Shown: piece by piece, positions 9,525 to 20,226 of the stretch | Position numbering within the stretch: position 1 is the first letter of the stretch | Layout: every line of letters begins with the position of its first letter | From: Nanobdellota archaeon | GTDB taxonomy: Archaea > Nanobdellota > Nanobdellia > Pacearchaeales > GW2011-AR1 | Assembly (NCBI GenBank): GCA_038045705.1 | Contig: JBBSXO010000001.1 | Coordinates: forward strand, 32,001 to 96,000 | Length of the DNA stretch: 64,000 bases | Direction of reading: 5' to 3' | Notes under the pieces: generated by a model | The model's database searches: none | Told to the model about the DNA's origin: nothing | Seen by the model: the letters and a program-made list of their open reading frames with translations, nothing else | Program-made: the position numbers and the translations under genes

Positions 9525-11072
9525 ATGGCTGAAAATGAAGAAGTCAATAAAAATCTAACTATACTTGTAAAAGGTTCTATAGTAGTATTTATAGGAATAT
9601 TTTTTTCCAAATTTTTAACTTATTTCTACAAAATTATTATTGCAAGAAGTTTTGGTCCTGAAAGTTACGGTTTATTTTCCCTTGCCCTTATTATAGCAAC
9701 TCTTTTCTCAACAGTTGCTTCTCTAGGTTTATCAGAAGGTCTATTGAGATATGCTTCACTTTATAACAGTAATAAAGAAATCAAAAAAATAAAACCTTTG
9801 TTAAAATTCTCCCTTATATTTTCCTGTTTTTCTAGTCTAATATTTGCAACAATTTTATTTACCTATTCAGATTTAATTGCCATTATTTTTCATGACCCAT
9901 CTCTAACTAATTATCTTGTCTATTTCAGCATAGCAATACCATTTATCTTAATCTCTAATTTATTTTTATCAATAATAAAGGCAAATATGATGGTCTTCAG
10001 ATATACCTTTATTATAAACATACTTCAGAACGCATTAAGACTATTTGGATTATTCTTGTTTATCTTATTAGGTCTAAAGAGTCATGCAATAATAGGTTCA
10101 TATCTTTTAGGAATAATTTCAATAGCAATTGGTTCTTATTTTGCAGCCAGAATTTATTTATCGAAAATAATGTCTCAAAAAGATATAGACTCTAAAAGTG
10201 AAAAGTCTCTTAAAAGAGAATTTATTTCATATTCATGGCCAGTGATATTTGTAGGATTTATTGGAACAGTTCTTTATTGGATAGATTCTCTAGTAATAGG
10301 TTATTTAGTTGATACGACAAGTGTTGGAATATATGGGGCAGCCTTTACAATAGTTTCTCTTTTAGGTATTGCTCCAGAATTATTTATGCAGATGTTTCTA
10401 CCAGTGATTCTAAAAGAATACTCAAAAGGAAGAATTGATGTAATTGGTCAAACAAGTAAACAAGTTTCAAAATGGATAGGCTTGCTAAATATTCCTGCAT
10501 TTACTTTGATGTTTATATTTCCTGAAATAATAATTAATTCTATATTTGGAGCACAATATTTAGGCGCATCATCATCTTTAAGGATTTTAGCAGTAGGAGG
10601 TTTCTTTTCCTCTTTCATCTCATTAAACACAAGTTTATTGTCAATGAAAGGAAAATCAAAATCAATACTTTTAACCCTAATTATAGCATCAATTACTAAT
10701 TTAGTTTTAAGTTTCTTCTTAGTTTCTAGTTACGGTATTCAAGGAGCAGCAATTACAACTAGCATAATATGGTTTTTGACTTTAGTTGTTCTTTCAGCTC
10801 AAGTATATAAATCAACTGGAATATTTGCTGTTAGAAGAAATTTAGTGAAAATAATTATCTTATCGATAATCCCTGCAGTGATCTTAGTTATTTTGAATAG
10901 TCATACCCCTAATAGTTATTTTTGGTTTTTTATAAAAGCAATTATTTATGGAATAATTTATATAACCTTTATTATTTTATGTAAAAGCTTAGATTATAAT
11001 GATTATAATATAATCAGAGCCTTTAACAATAAATTAAATCTAAATATCTTAAGATATGAAAAACCAATTTAA
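9525..11072 (+). CDS. polysaccharide flippase (Wzx/AglR, MOP family)
   Basis: ARSFGPESYGLFSLAL, IDSLVIGY, VGIYGAA, YGIQGAAI; about 14 TM. Confidence 0.88.
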   Translation: MAENEEVNKNLTILVKGSIVVFIGIFFSKFLTYFYKIIIARSFGPESYGLFSLALIIATLFSTVASLGLSEGLLRYASLYNSNKEIKKIKPLLKFSLIFSCFSSLIFATILFTYSDLIAIIFHDPSLTNYLVYFSIAIPFILISNLFLSIIKANMMVFRYTFIINILQNALRLFGLFLFILLGLKSHAIIGSYLLGIISIAIGSYFAARIYLSKIMSQKDIDSKSEKSLKREFISYSWPVIFVGFIGTVLYWIDSLVIGYLVDTTSVGIYGAAFTIVSLLGIAPELFMQMFLPVILKEYSKGRIDVIGQTSKQVSKWIGLLNIPAFTLMFIFPEIIINSIFGAQYLGASSSLRILAVGGFFSSFISLNTSLLSMKGKSKSILLTLIIASITNLVLSFFLVSSYGIQGAAITTSIIWFLTLVVLSAQVYKSTGIFAVRRNLVKIIILSIIPAVILVILNSHTPNSYFWFFIKAIIYGIIYITFIILCKSLDYNDYNIIRAFNNKLNLNILRYEKPI

Positions 11073-12261
11073 GAAAGTAATCCTTTTTTATCCACCAAAT
11101 GAGAAGAAACATAGCTTATATGGGGAAACAATAGCCTTTTTATCTAAACATCATCATCTTCTTTATACTCCTTCAAAAAGTTATTCCTCTTATTCTTTAA
11201 TGAGGTTATCAAGGAACTATTTTCTTAGAAAAATATATCTTAATTTTATTAGACCTCATATTTCTTTCATAGAATTGAAAAACATATTTTTTCCTAACAA
11301 AAATATTCAAAAAAGCAAGAATCTAAAATTTGATCTTATTTATTCTACAAATTATATTCCTTCTATTCCAGGATCATATATTTTAGATTTAGAAAATGTT
11401 TCAGCATTAGGTGGATATGATTATTATAGGTTAAATAAATCAAAAATTGGCCAATCATTTGAAAGTGATGACTGTAAGGCGATTATTTGTTGGAACGAAG
11501 CATCAAAGGAATCATTATTAGCGACAATTAAATCTGAAAAGTTTATTAAAAAGATACACGTTCTTCCATTTGCTATAAAAAAAGAAAGAATTAAAAAGAA
11601 ATTACAAATTGGAAAAATAAGGCTTCTGTTTGTATCTTCTATAAATAATCCTCAAGATTTTGAGATGAAAGGTGGTATTATTGCTCTTGAAGTGTATAAA
11701 GAACTTGTGGACAGATTTAATAATATAGAATTTGTTATTAGGTCGAAGTTATCAAACAGAATAAAGAAGAAATATTCTAACTTAAAAAATTTAGTCCTTA
11801 TTGAAGAATATCTCTCAGATAAAGAGTTTTCAAAGTTGTTAAGTGAGACAGATATCCTACTTGAACCGATTCCAGGCATTCAGTTGATGATAGAGTGTTT
11901 AAAATTTAGAATTCCTGCAGTTGTTTTTGATTTCTGGGCAGCTCCAGAGATAATATTTGATGGTAAAAACGGATTTATTATAGATTCTAGGAGTATATTC
12001 GGAGACAAGAAAAATATGAAAAAATATATTCAAAACATGGGTCATAACTTTTTAAAGCTATATTCTCCAGTAAAGAAAAGTGTATTTAATGAATATATTA
12101 ACAAAACTTCTATTTTAATTTCCAATAAAATGTTGAGAGATAAAATGATGAGATATGCTAATAATTTATTAAATAAAGGCAGACCATATAATTCACAACA
12201 GAGAAATAAACTTCTTCTCAACATAATAAACAGGGCCACTAAATCCTCTGTAAAAATTTAA
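11056..12261 (+). CDS. GT4-like glycosyltransferase
   Basis: LLFVS...KGG, ECLKFRIPAVV, APEIIFDGKNGFII GT-B C-terminal motifs. Confidence 0.75.
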   Translation: MKNQFKKVILFYPPNEKKHSLYGETIAFLSKHHHLLYTPSKSYSSYSLMRLSRNYFLRKIYLNFIRPHISFIELKNIFFPNKNIQKSKNLKFDLIYSTNYIPSIPGSYILDLENVSALGGYDYYRLNKSKIGQSFESDDCKAIICWNEASKESLLATIKSEKFIKKIHVLPFAIKKERIKKKLQIGKIRLLFVSSINNPQDFEMKGGIIALEVYKELVDRFNNIEFVIRSKLSNRIKKKYSNLKNLVLIEEYLSDKEFSKLLSETDILLEPIPGIQLMIECLKFRIPAVVFDFWAAPEIIFDGKNGFIIDSRSIFGDKKNMKKYIQNMGHNFLKLYSPVKKSVFNEYINKTSILISNKMLRDKMMRYANNLLNKGRPYNSQQRNKLLLNIINRATKSSVKI

Positions 12262-12312
12262 CAAAATCAAAACAACTAAATGTTTATATATACCCTTTTT
12301 TGAAATAATAAA

Positions 12313-13374
12313 ATGCAAGATGGTAAAAAAGTAGCTTTAATAACTGGAATTGGTGGTCAAGACGGATCTTACCTTGCAGAACTCCTTCTTGAGAAAGGAT
12401 ATTTAGTTAGGGGAATTGTAAGAAGAGCAAGCCATCCAAATACTAAAAGGATAGACCATTTATTGAACCAATATCCAGATGACAATGATAAAAATAATCC
12501 TTTCATCTTGGCTTATGCAGATCTAACTGATTCACAAAGCCTTAGAAATGTTTTGGAACGATTCAGACCTGATGAAGTTTACAATCTTGCAGCGCAAAGC
12601 CATGTAGGCATAAGTTTTGATAATGCAGAATCAACAATTAATATCAATCTACTTGGCCCTCTTAGATTACTTGAAGCAATACGTCAAATGAGTTATCCTG
12701 TAAAATACTATCAAGCCTCTTCTTCAGAAATGTTTGGAGCAACACCCCCTCCTCAAAGTGAATCTACCCCATTCAAACCTCAAAGTCCATATGGCATAGC
12801 TAAAGTAGGTGCTTTTCATATAACTAGATTGTACAGAGATGCTTACAAATTATTCGCTGCAAATGGCATCCTCTTCAATCACGAATCTCCAAGGAGGGGT
12901 TTGAATTTTGTAACTAAAAAGATAACTGGAGATGTAGTAAAAATTGTTAATGGAGAAAAGAATGAGATAGTCTTAGGAAACTTAGATGCAAAAAGAGATT
13001 GGGGATTCTCTAAAGAATATGTTGAAGCAATGTGGAAAATATTACAACACAATGAACCAGATGATTTTGTAATTGCTACAGAAGAAACTCATACAGTAAG
13101 AGAATTCATTGAAGAATGTTTTAATTTATTAGGGACAGATTATAGAAAGTTTATTAGGACAAGCGATCGTTATTTACGTCCGGCAGAAGTACCTGCATTA
13201 CTTGGAGATTCTACTAAAGCAAAAAATGTCTTAAAATGGGAACCAAAGACTAAGTTTAAGGAGTTGGTTAAAATAATGCTAGAACATGATTTTAGAGAAA
13301 AAGACATGACTCTAGAGCAGGCCAGAGAGAAAATGAAATTATTAAGCCAACAAAAAGATGAACCAAAGAATTAA
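12313..13374 (+). CDS. gmd: GDP-mannose 4,6-dehydratase
   Basis: ALITGIGGQDGSYLAELLL, YNLAAQSHV, YQASSSEMFG, SPYGIAK, GILFNHESPRRG, LGNLDAKRDWG. Confidence 0.97.
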   Translation: MQDGKKVALITGIGGQDGSYLAELLLEKGYLVRGIVRRASHPNTKRIDHLLNQYPDDNDKNNPFILAYADLTDSQSLRNVLERFRPDEVYNLAAQSHVGISFDNAESTININLLGPLRLLEAIRQMSYPVKYYQASSSEMFGATPPPQSESTPFKPQSPYGIAKVGAFHITRLYRDAYKLFAANGILFNHESPRRGLNFVTKKITGDVVKIVNGEKNEIVLGNLDAKRDWGFSKEYVEAMWKILQHNEPDDFVIATEETHTVREFIEECFNLLGTDYRKFIRTSDRYLRPAEVPALLGDSTKAKNVLKWEPKTKFKELVKIMLEHDFREKDMTLEQAREKMKLLSQQKDEPKN

Positions 13375-14464
13375 CTGGAATGAGCCAAGATTTGATCAAG
13401 AAGATATAGATAATGTAACAGAAGTTTTAAGAAACAACTACGTTAATGAAGGTCCAAAAACAAAAGAACTTGAAGAAACCTTACAAAAATATTTAGGGGT
13501 CAAACATATAATTATGACCTCTAATTGCACAGCTTCTCTTTTTATGGCTATAAAGGCAGATGCTATCATTAAAAAGATAATAGACTTTGAGGTTATCGTT
13601 CCAGATATGACTATGATTGCTTCAGCGACAGCAGTTGGATGGGCAGGTGGAAAGGTCGTATTAGTAGAAGTTGAAAAAGATACTGGTTTAATCAGTTTAG
13701 AAGACCTAAGGAGTAAAATAACTAATAAAACAATTGCATTAATCTCAGTAGACATTCTTGGTAGATCTCCAGATTACAAAGAGTTAAAAAAAATTGCCAA
13801 TGAAAAGAATCTTTCTATAATCGAAGATGCTGCAGGAGCGCTTTCTTCAAAATATGATAAAAAATATTTAGGAACATTCGGAAAAGTGGGTTGCTATTCA
13901 TTACAGTCCAATAAAATAATTACTTGCGGACAGGGAGGGTTTGTTTCAACAGACGATGATGAATATTATGAGGTAATGAGAAGGATAAGAGATTTTGGAA
14001 GATTTAGTAATAAAGAGTTTATTCATGAAAAAGAAGGATACAACCTTAAATTTAGCGATTTAGCTGCTGCCTTGACATTGAGTCAATTGAATAAAATAAA
14101 TTCTCGTAAAAATTTGCTCATTGAGCAAAGAAAATTATATGAAAAAGAATTAGGTGGAATAAAAGAAATCCAATTTCCAAAATTCAATTTAGCTAGTGGA
14201 GAAGTTCCTTTATGGATAGAGATTCTCGTATCCAATAGGGAGGGCTTAGTAGCACACTTAAAATCGAATAATATTTTTGCAAGAGATTGCTGGCCTGCAG
14301 TACATAGAAACCCCCCCTATAGCCACCTTGGAAATGACGAGAAATTTCCAAATGCATCTTACCTGGCAGATCATTCTCTGTGGTTACCAAATGGACCCCA
14401 TTTAACTGAAAATGATATAATTTATATTTGTGGAAAAGTCAAGGATTTTTATGGCAACTCTTAA
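13358..14464 (+). CDS. DegT/DnrJ sugar aminotransferase, probable GDP-perosamine synthase
   Basis: EDAAGA, SLQSNKIITCGQGG (PLP lysine), GYNLKFSD; overlaps gmd. Confidence 0.85.
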   Translation: MNQRINWNEPRFDQEDIDNVTEVLRNNYVNEGPKTKELEETLQKYLGVKHIIMTSNCTASLFMAIKADAIIKKIIDFEVIVPDMTMIASATAVGWAGGKVVLVEVEKDTGLISLEDLRSKITNKTIALISVDILGRSPDYKELKKIANEKNLSIIEDAAGALSSKYDKKYLGTFGKVGCYSLQSNKIITCGQGGFVSTDDDEYYEVMRRIRDFGRFSNKEFIHEKEGYNLKFSDLAAALTLSQLNKINSRKNLLIEQRKLYEKELGGIKEIQFPKFNLASGEVPLWIEILVSNREGLVAHLKSNNIFARDCWPAVHRNPPYSHLGNDEKFPNASYLADHSLWLPNGPHLTENDIIYICGKVKDFYGNS

Positions 14465-15278
14465 AAAAATTATTCTTGCAGGCAGGGGAACGTTAGCAAC
14501 AAAAGTTCTAGATCACTTAATAGAATCTGGAATAAATGATTTGGTTGTTATTCCAGCAACATGTTTAACCAAAGATTCAACACAAAAAAATCTGAAACAA
14601 GAGGCTGAAAAAAGAGGTATAAAAGTTTATAATGGTAATGCAAGTGATTACCAAAAAGATGTAGATTTAGCTTTTTCAATAGGTTATAACTTAAGATTTA
14701 GGGAAGATTTTCTTAGAAAATGTTCAGGCATTAATCTACACCTATCTCCTCTCCCGAGGTATGGAGGGTTTAATCCATTTTATTGGGCAATTAGAAGTGG
14801 GGATACGGAGTATGGAGTCACATTACATGAAATGGGTTTGGAATTTGACGTAGGTAATATAATTTCTCAAAAAAGATTTTCTATACTCCCAAGTGACAAT
14901 GCAAGAGACCTTTTTGATAGGGCAGGAGATGAAGCATTAATTATGTTTAAAGAAATATTCCCTTCGATTTTAAGCGGAACATATGCGAGCATCCCTCAAG
15001 ATCTTACTAAAAAAACTTATTACCAAAAAGATGCAGTTGACTTCAAAGAAACAATTCCTCTTGAGGGTAGTACAAAAGAACTGCATAATCGAATAAGAGC
15101 CACAATATTTCCCCCTTTACCTAATCCTAAAATTTACCTTTTAGATAGAATTTATTCTGTGGAGTCATCACTACCTCATTATGGGGTAAAAATTGATGGT
15201 TCTAAGATAATTGAAGAAGATAGGGTTTTAGTTGCAACAACTGACAGCAGTGTAGAATTAAAGGTTAAAAAAGCTTAA
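14451..15278 (+). CDS. sugar N-formyltransferase (10-formyl-THF dependent)
   Basis: INLHLSPLPRYGG, GVTLHEM..EFDVGNI formyltransferase motifs; likely start ATG 14451; directly follows the aminotransferase. Confidence 0.82.
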   Translation: MATLKKIILAGRGTLATKVLDHLIESGINDLVVIPATCLTKDSTQKNLKQEAEKRGIKVYNGNASDYQKDVDLAFSIGYNLRFREDFLRKCSGINLHLSPLPRYGGFNPFYWAIRSGDTEYGVTLHEMGLEFDVGNIISQKRFSILPSDNARDLFDRAGDEALIMFKEIFPSILSGTYASIPQDLTKKTYYQKDAVDFKETIPLEGSTKELHNRIRATIFPPLPNPKIYLLDRIYSVESSLPHYGVKIDGSKIIEEDRVLVATTDSSVELKVKKA

Positions 15279-15697
15279 TCTGAGCCTATTTTTACTTTAT
15301 CATTACTTCTTCCATTATAAGGACCGTTTTTAAATTCATAGAATTTAGTATTTTCTTCAAGCAATTTAAAGCCGTGCCCTCCGTCAAAATACATATAGCA
15401 ATCCCCAGGGTAAAGAGTTGCCTTTTCTATTATCTTATCATCTAAATCATACATTGTTACTTCAACGCTACCGTTTATAATCACCCATGATTCTTGAGTC
15501 TTATTTATTGTTCTTTCCTGATCTAAATGTCTATGTGGACCACTAAACGTATGTCCTACTGGAAGACCTCCACAGAAAGCAATTTGTAAGAACTCTCCAG
15601 GATCAATAAGACATTTCCTGCCTTCTATTTTATTATCATTTCTCTGAATCAAGTGTAAAACCTTTTCAGGTTTTATTTTAGAGTATATTTCTTGCAT
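15275..15697 (-). CDS. cupin-fold protein (WbuC-like)
   Basis: PHRH...TQESWVIINGSVEV...GGHGF...FYEFKNGPY. Confidence 0.7.
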   Translation of the reverse strand: MQEIYSKIKPEKVLHLIQRNDNKIEGRKCLIDPGEFLQIAFCGGLPVGHTFSGPHRHLDQERTINKTQESWVIINGSVEVTMYDLDDKIIEKATLYPGDCYMYFDGGHGFKLLEENTKFYEFKNGPYNGRSNDKVKIGSD

Positions 15698-15775
15698 GTT
15701 TTTAGATATAAACTTAGTTTATAAATATTACACAGCAAGCATTATCTTTTTAAATGAGGCATATTCAAGAAAAAT

Positions 15776-17404
15776 ATGCTCAATGAAAAAATCTTGTTTG
15801 CAGCATGGTCTTGTAATAATCCAAATTATTTTGCTTATCAAACTTGGAATTCTCCACTAAAAAAGCTGTTTAAGAAAGTTATATCATTTGATCCACAAGA
15901 GAACACTTACAAATTTGGCAAGGATAGAATGAATAAAGATTTCCTTAAAATAATTGCAAAAGAAAAACCAGAATATCTGTTTTTATGGTTAATTTATGAT
16001 GAATTCTATCCTAAAACTCTTTTCTCGATAAAGAAAATCTCGCCTAAAACAAAGGTAATCAACTTTTGCGGGGATGATGACGCACAGTTTTATGATTATT
16101 CTAGCCTTAATTCATTCTTTGTAGATTATTCCCTCATCACTCATAAAGAATTTATTAAAAATTACAAAAATAAGGCATTTTTTTCAGTAGGAACCAATAC
16201 GGATCAGTTTAAGCCACTAGGTCTAGAAAAGAAGTATGATGTAACTTTTATAGGCACTCCTAAGACAGACAGAGCAGAATTTGTTTCTTACCTAATGAAT
16301 AAAGGTGTAAAAATAAGGGTTTTTGGAGCAGGTTGGGGTCAATATCCAGAATTTAAGAAAATTTACGGTGGATTTCTTGACAAAGAAGACTATACTAAAG
16401 TAATAAATCAAAGTAGGATAAACTTATGCTTCAATAAAAATTATTTAGGTACAACTCACGTCATCCAAAAGTTCTTTGAAATTAACGCCTGTAAATCATT
16501 TATGCTTACAGAATACTGTAAGGGGTACTCTGATCTTTTTATTTCGGGAAAAGAATTAGTCATGTTTAAGGATTCAAAAGAGTTATATGAAAAAGTAATT
16601 TATTATCTTAAAAATGAGAATGAAATGGAGAAAATAGCAGAGAGCGCTTACGAAAAGATAATCGCTGATTATTCTTCCAAAGTTGAGTTAGATAACATAT
16701 TCACTCAAATCCGCAATTATGGGGATAAAATACCTAAGAAGAAATTACCTGAAATAAAAGAAAAAATCCATTACCTTTCCGTTACGGAGCTCAGTAAAAA
16801 TCAAAATGAATTGAAAAAGATTTTAAAAGATGTTGATTATATTTCATTTAAGACAGGCTCACAAAGTCTGCCCTACAGAAACTTATTTCAAATTACTGCA
16901 ATGAAAATGTTTAATAAAGAAATTAGCTGTTGCGACTCATATCTTTACTCGAGAGGCCTAGGAGATTACTTAGTTTTATACTCAAATTTAGCATTTAAAA
17001 CCCTAAAGCCAGATGAATTCGCTAAATCTATAAGTTTAGATCAATTAGTTGTCAAAAAGAAGTTTTTTATATTTAATTTTAAAAGTTTTTTAGAATTCTC
17101 AAAAGGAAAGCCTATAGATATAATAACACAAAAAAATACTGCATTTGTTACTAGACCGTTCGTCCGCTTAAATAGTAGTCCAGCAATAGATTATCAAACC
17201 GTAAAGAAGATTTTATGGCCAAAATATGAAGAAAACTTGCGTTCCTGGTTATATAGGAGAAATCCTGTTGCTCTTTGGTATATCTTATCCATTTTCTTTA
17301 GTAGATTCTCGAGAAATAAAATAATCTTTAATCATTTAAGTGAAACAATTTCGACAAGAATGAAAAAAAGCAGAATTATTTCTTCTTTGAAAAAGATTTT
17401 TTAG
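15776..17404 (+). CDS. glycosyltransferase (DUF3880/CgeB, Glyco_trans_1_2-like) with C-terminal extension
   Basis: KYDVTFIGT, RVFGAGW, SRINLCF, FFEINACKSFMLT, IAESAYE. Confidence 0.75.
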   Translation: MLNEKILFAAWSCNNPNYFAYQTWNSPLKKLFKKVISFDPQENTYKFGKDRMNKDFLKIIAKEKPEYLFLWLIYDEFYPKTLFSIKKISPKTKVINFCGDDDAQFYDYSSLNSFFVDYSLITHKEFIKNYKNKAFFSVGTNTDQFKPLGLEKKYDVTFIGTPKTDRAEFVSYLMNKGVKIRVFGAGWGQYPEFKKIYGGFLDKEDYTKVINQSRINLCFNKNYLGTTHVIQKFFEINACKSFMLTEYCKGYSDLFISGKELVMFKDSKELYEKVIYYLKNENEMEKIAESAYEKIIADYSSKVELDNIFTQIRNYGDKIPKKKLPEIKEKIHYLSVTELSKNQNELKKILKDVDYISFKTGSQSLPYRNLFQITAMKMFNKEISCCDSYLYSRGLGDYLVLYSNLAFKTLKPDEFAKSISLDQLVVKKKFFIFNFKSFLEFSKGKPIDIITQKNTAFVTRPFVRLNSSPAIDYQTVKKILWPKYEENLRSWLYRRNPVALWYILSIFFSRFSRNKIIFNHLSETISTRMKKSRIISSLKKIF

Positions 17405-18212
17405 TTTTTATCAAGTAACTTTTATCCAAATAATTTGATTTAACCAGATTTGTTTTTTTCAAATCTTCAAATTCCATTTTCATATTTCGAAAGATTATAA
17501 CATAACCTATCAAATTAGGAGCAAATATTTTACCTTTGAACAGTTTTTTATGATTATAATTAGGAAATAGCAAGTTGTATTTGCCTTTTTCTAGGTTAGG
17601 ATTAGCTAAATCCAAAGAACACTCTTTATTTCCATATTTATCATAAACAAATCTTCTGTCTCCTTCAACTTTAAAGTCATCAATCGAAATAACGGCAGAA
17701 GGTATGTTTTTAGAGATTATTTTAAGTTCATCCTCTAGTGGCCAATCATCTAACCAGTGGGCATCTAAATAAAATAGTGGCCTTTCTCCAATTAGATTAT
17801 TTTTAAGAAGATGGTTTAGAAATTTTGGAGATGTTCCAAGGTAGTTATGTACATTCTTGAATTTTTTCAGGTTTTTCTGTGATTTTTTATAAAAATCTGA
17901 ATTTATTTCTGCAGTATATACTTGCAAGTTGGGAAAGTTCTCTGCAAATAAAGCAGTAGTGTATCCTAAAAATGTACCGGTTTCAACTATAGAAGTTATT
18001 TTGTAATCTTTTACTATTTTTTTTAAGGTTTCAAGGTGGATTGTATCTCCATGAAGCCTAAACCTAGAAAGTAGCCATGTGCCATAAGTACTACCTAGAA
18101 AATTTCTAACTCTTCGCAGAGTATTTATTTTTTTTAATAAATTGTAAGTTCTTCCCTTTCTAAATTTCCTATATACTCTAAGAAGATCATCTGAAATCAT
18201 AAAACCATTCAA
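17376..18212 (-). CDS. putative SAM-dependent methyltransferase
   Basis: IVETGTFLGYTT, YTAEIN, FYLDAHW, IDDF; ATG alternative at 18200. Confidence 0.65.
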   Translation of the reverse strand: MNGFMISDDLLRVYRKFRKGRTYNLLKKINTLRRVRNFLGSTYGTWLLSRFRLHGDTIHLETLKKIVKDYKITSIVETGTFLGYTTALFAENFPNLQVYTAEINSDFYKKSQKNLKKFKNVHNYLGTSPKFLNHLLKNNLIGERPLFYLDAHWLDDWPLEDELKIISKNIPSAVISIDDFKVEGDRRFVYDKYGNKECSLDLANPNLEKGKYNLLFPNYNHKKLFKGKIFAPNLIGYVIIFRNMKMEFEDLKKTNLVKSNYLDKSYLIKTKKSFSKKK

Positions 18213-18295
18213 TAAAGTCTATTTTTAATCATTGTTATCGGCACAAATTATCTCAAATTCGCTAATTTTTTAAACACTCTAAATCTAAACTGATT

Positions 18296-19156
18296 ATGCC
18301 AATTTTAAAATCAAAGCCATTTAATGAAAAATATCCACTGGTTTCTTCAATAATTCCAGCATATAAGGAGGAAGAAAACATTGTAGCATGCATAGACGCT
18401 CTGCTTAAACAATCTTACTCAAATATGGAAATAATCGTTGTTGAGAACGGAGAATCAAATGATCGAACATATGAAATAGCCAAGTCTTATGAAAAGAAGA
18501 CTAAAGGAAAAGTTAAAGCCTTTACAATTCCAGGAAAACAAAGAGGACCAGGAAATGCTTTAATCTATGGTTTCAAAAAAACCAGAGGCAAGGTAATCTC
18601 TCTAGTAGGAGCAGATTTAGTATATGGAAAAGATTATATCTCAAAAGGAATTATTCCAATATTAAAAGGAGAAACTGTAGGAGTAAACCATAAAGAAGAA
18701 GTTTGTAAAAATCTTAATAATTTGTGGGCAAGAGCATTTTTCTATAAAAGATCTTTTATCCAGTCCAGTGGTTTAAGTAAGGTTTTCACAATTATTCGCA
18801 AAGATTATCTAAAAGATCATTTGTGGGACCCCTCGCTAGGATATGCAGATGATCAGACAATCTATAGAAAATATGGGATAGAATTTAAAGGACTAGACTT
18901 AGAAATCTATCAAAATAATCCTTCATCATTTAAAGAGATATGGGAACACGCTTCATGGGTAGGAAAATCTATGAAAATTAATCCTTTATTAGTTATATTA
19001 AGTTTTCCACTATTTCCATTATATGCTCTGTACAAAACAATTAGACATTTAGCCAAAGACGACTTTTACATTCCATTTATAATATTTCTTCCAATCTATT
19101 ATTCTGTTAGGTATATAGCTTATTTTAAAGAGTCGTTAAAGAAGCTCCTTACATGA
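18296..19156 (+). CDS. GT2 glycosyltransferase
   Basis: VSSIIPAYKEE, IIVVENGESND, GAD. Confidence 0.85.
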   Translation: MPILKSKPFNEKYPLVSSIIPAYKEEENIVACIDALLKQSYSNMEIIVVENGESNDRTYEIAKSYEKKTKGKVKAFTIPGKQRGPGNALIYGFKKTRGKVISLVGADLVYGKDYISKGIIPILKGETVGVNHKEEVCKNLNNLWARAFFYKRSFIQSSGLSKVFTIIRKDYLKDHLWDPSLGYADDQTIYRKYGIEFKGLDLEIYQNNPSSFKEIWEHASWVGKSMKINPLLVILSFPLFPLYALYKTIRHLAKDDFYIPFIIFLPIYYSVRYIAYFKESLKKLLT

Positions 19157-20226
19157 TTAATAACATAATTTGTTTCTTCATCAGTCATTCCAGGAAATAT
19201 TGGTAGTGAAATGATCGTATCTGCATAATTTTCAGATTTTGGAAAGTCTCCTTTTTTATATCCTAAATATTCAAATGCTTTTTGGAGGTGTATTGGAACA
19301 GGGTAATGCAGTCCAGAATCTATGTTTTTTTCTTTTAGATAATTCATTAAAGCATCTCTTTTATCTGTCCTTATTACAAATAAATGGTAAATATGATCTC
19401 TATCTTTGCTAATTTGAGGTAGCTCTACTAGACCATTGAGGGATAAAATATAATTTTCAGCAACTTTCTTTCTTTCTGCATTCCATCTATCTAAATGTTT
19501 TAATTTTATTATAAGTATGCTTGCCTGTATCGTATCCAGTCTTGAATTTAAGCCAGCTATATCATGATAATATTTTTTAGATTGCCCGTAATTTCTAATC
19601 ATTTTCATTTTTTGGGATAGGCTAGAATCGTTTGTCGTGATAAATCCCCCATCACCAAAAGCGCCAAGATTCTTTCCAGGATAAAAAGAAAAAGCAGCAG
19701 CATGACCAAGACTGCCAGCTCTTTTGTTTTTATATATTGAACCATGAGCTTGACAGGCATCTTCAATAACATATAAGTTGTATTTTTTTGCAATACTCAT
19801 TATTTCATCCATATCACATGCCTGCCCATATAAGTGAACAGGCATAATTGCTTTAGTTTTACTTGTTATTTTTTGTTCTATAAGAGAGGAGTCAATTGTA
19901 AAGTCTTCTTTTGCGTCTATGAGTATAGGTATTGCCCCAACAGAAACAATAGAAGCAGCGGTAGCGTTGAAAGTGTTTGCAACAGTTATTACTTCATCTC
20001 CTTTGCCAATGTTCATCGCGCGCATAATAATTTCTAGTGCCTGTAATCCATTAGCTACACTTATTCCGTGTTCAGCTTGGCAGTAATCTGCAAATTCTTT
20101 CTCAAATTTTTCAACAGCCACACCTAAAATAAAATCATTTTTTGTTAGATGCTCATCCAGTTTTTCAATAATCTCTTTATGAAGTGGTTGATGAATCCTA
20201 TTTAAGTCTAAAAATGGTACTTTCAT
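19120..20226 (-). CDS. DegT/DnrJ/EryC1 sugar aminotransferase (WbpE/FdtB-like)
   Basis: PVHLYGQ, EDACQAHG, SFYPGKNLGAFGDGG, NSRLDTIQA, HYPVPIHLQ. Confidence 0.92.
   Translation of the reverse strand: MKVPFLDLNRIHQPLHKEIIEKLDEHLTKNDFILGVAVEKFEKEFADYCQAEHGISVANGLQALEIIMRAMNIGKGDEVITVANTFNATAASIVSVGAIPILIDAKEDFTIDSSLIEQKITSKTKAIMPVHLYGQACDMDEIMSIAKKYNLYVIEDACQAHGSIYKNKRAGSLGHAAAFSFYPGKNLGAFGDGGFITTNDSSLSQKMKMIRNYGQSKKYYHDIAGLNSRLDTIQASILIIKLKHLDRWNAERKKVAENYILSLNGLVELPQISKDRDHIYHLFVIRTDKRDALMNYLKEKNIDSGLHYPVPIHLQKAFEYLGYKKGDFPKSENYADTIISLPIFPGMTDEETNYVINHVRSFFNDSLK

Noticed and set aside
14451-15278. Methionyl-tRNA formyltransferase (fmt)
   Set aside because: Archaea do not use fMet initiation, and the gene is coupled to gmd and a sugar aminotransferase.
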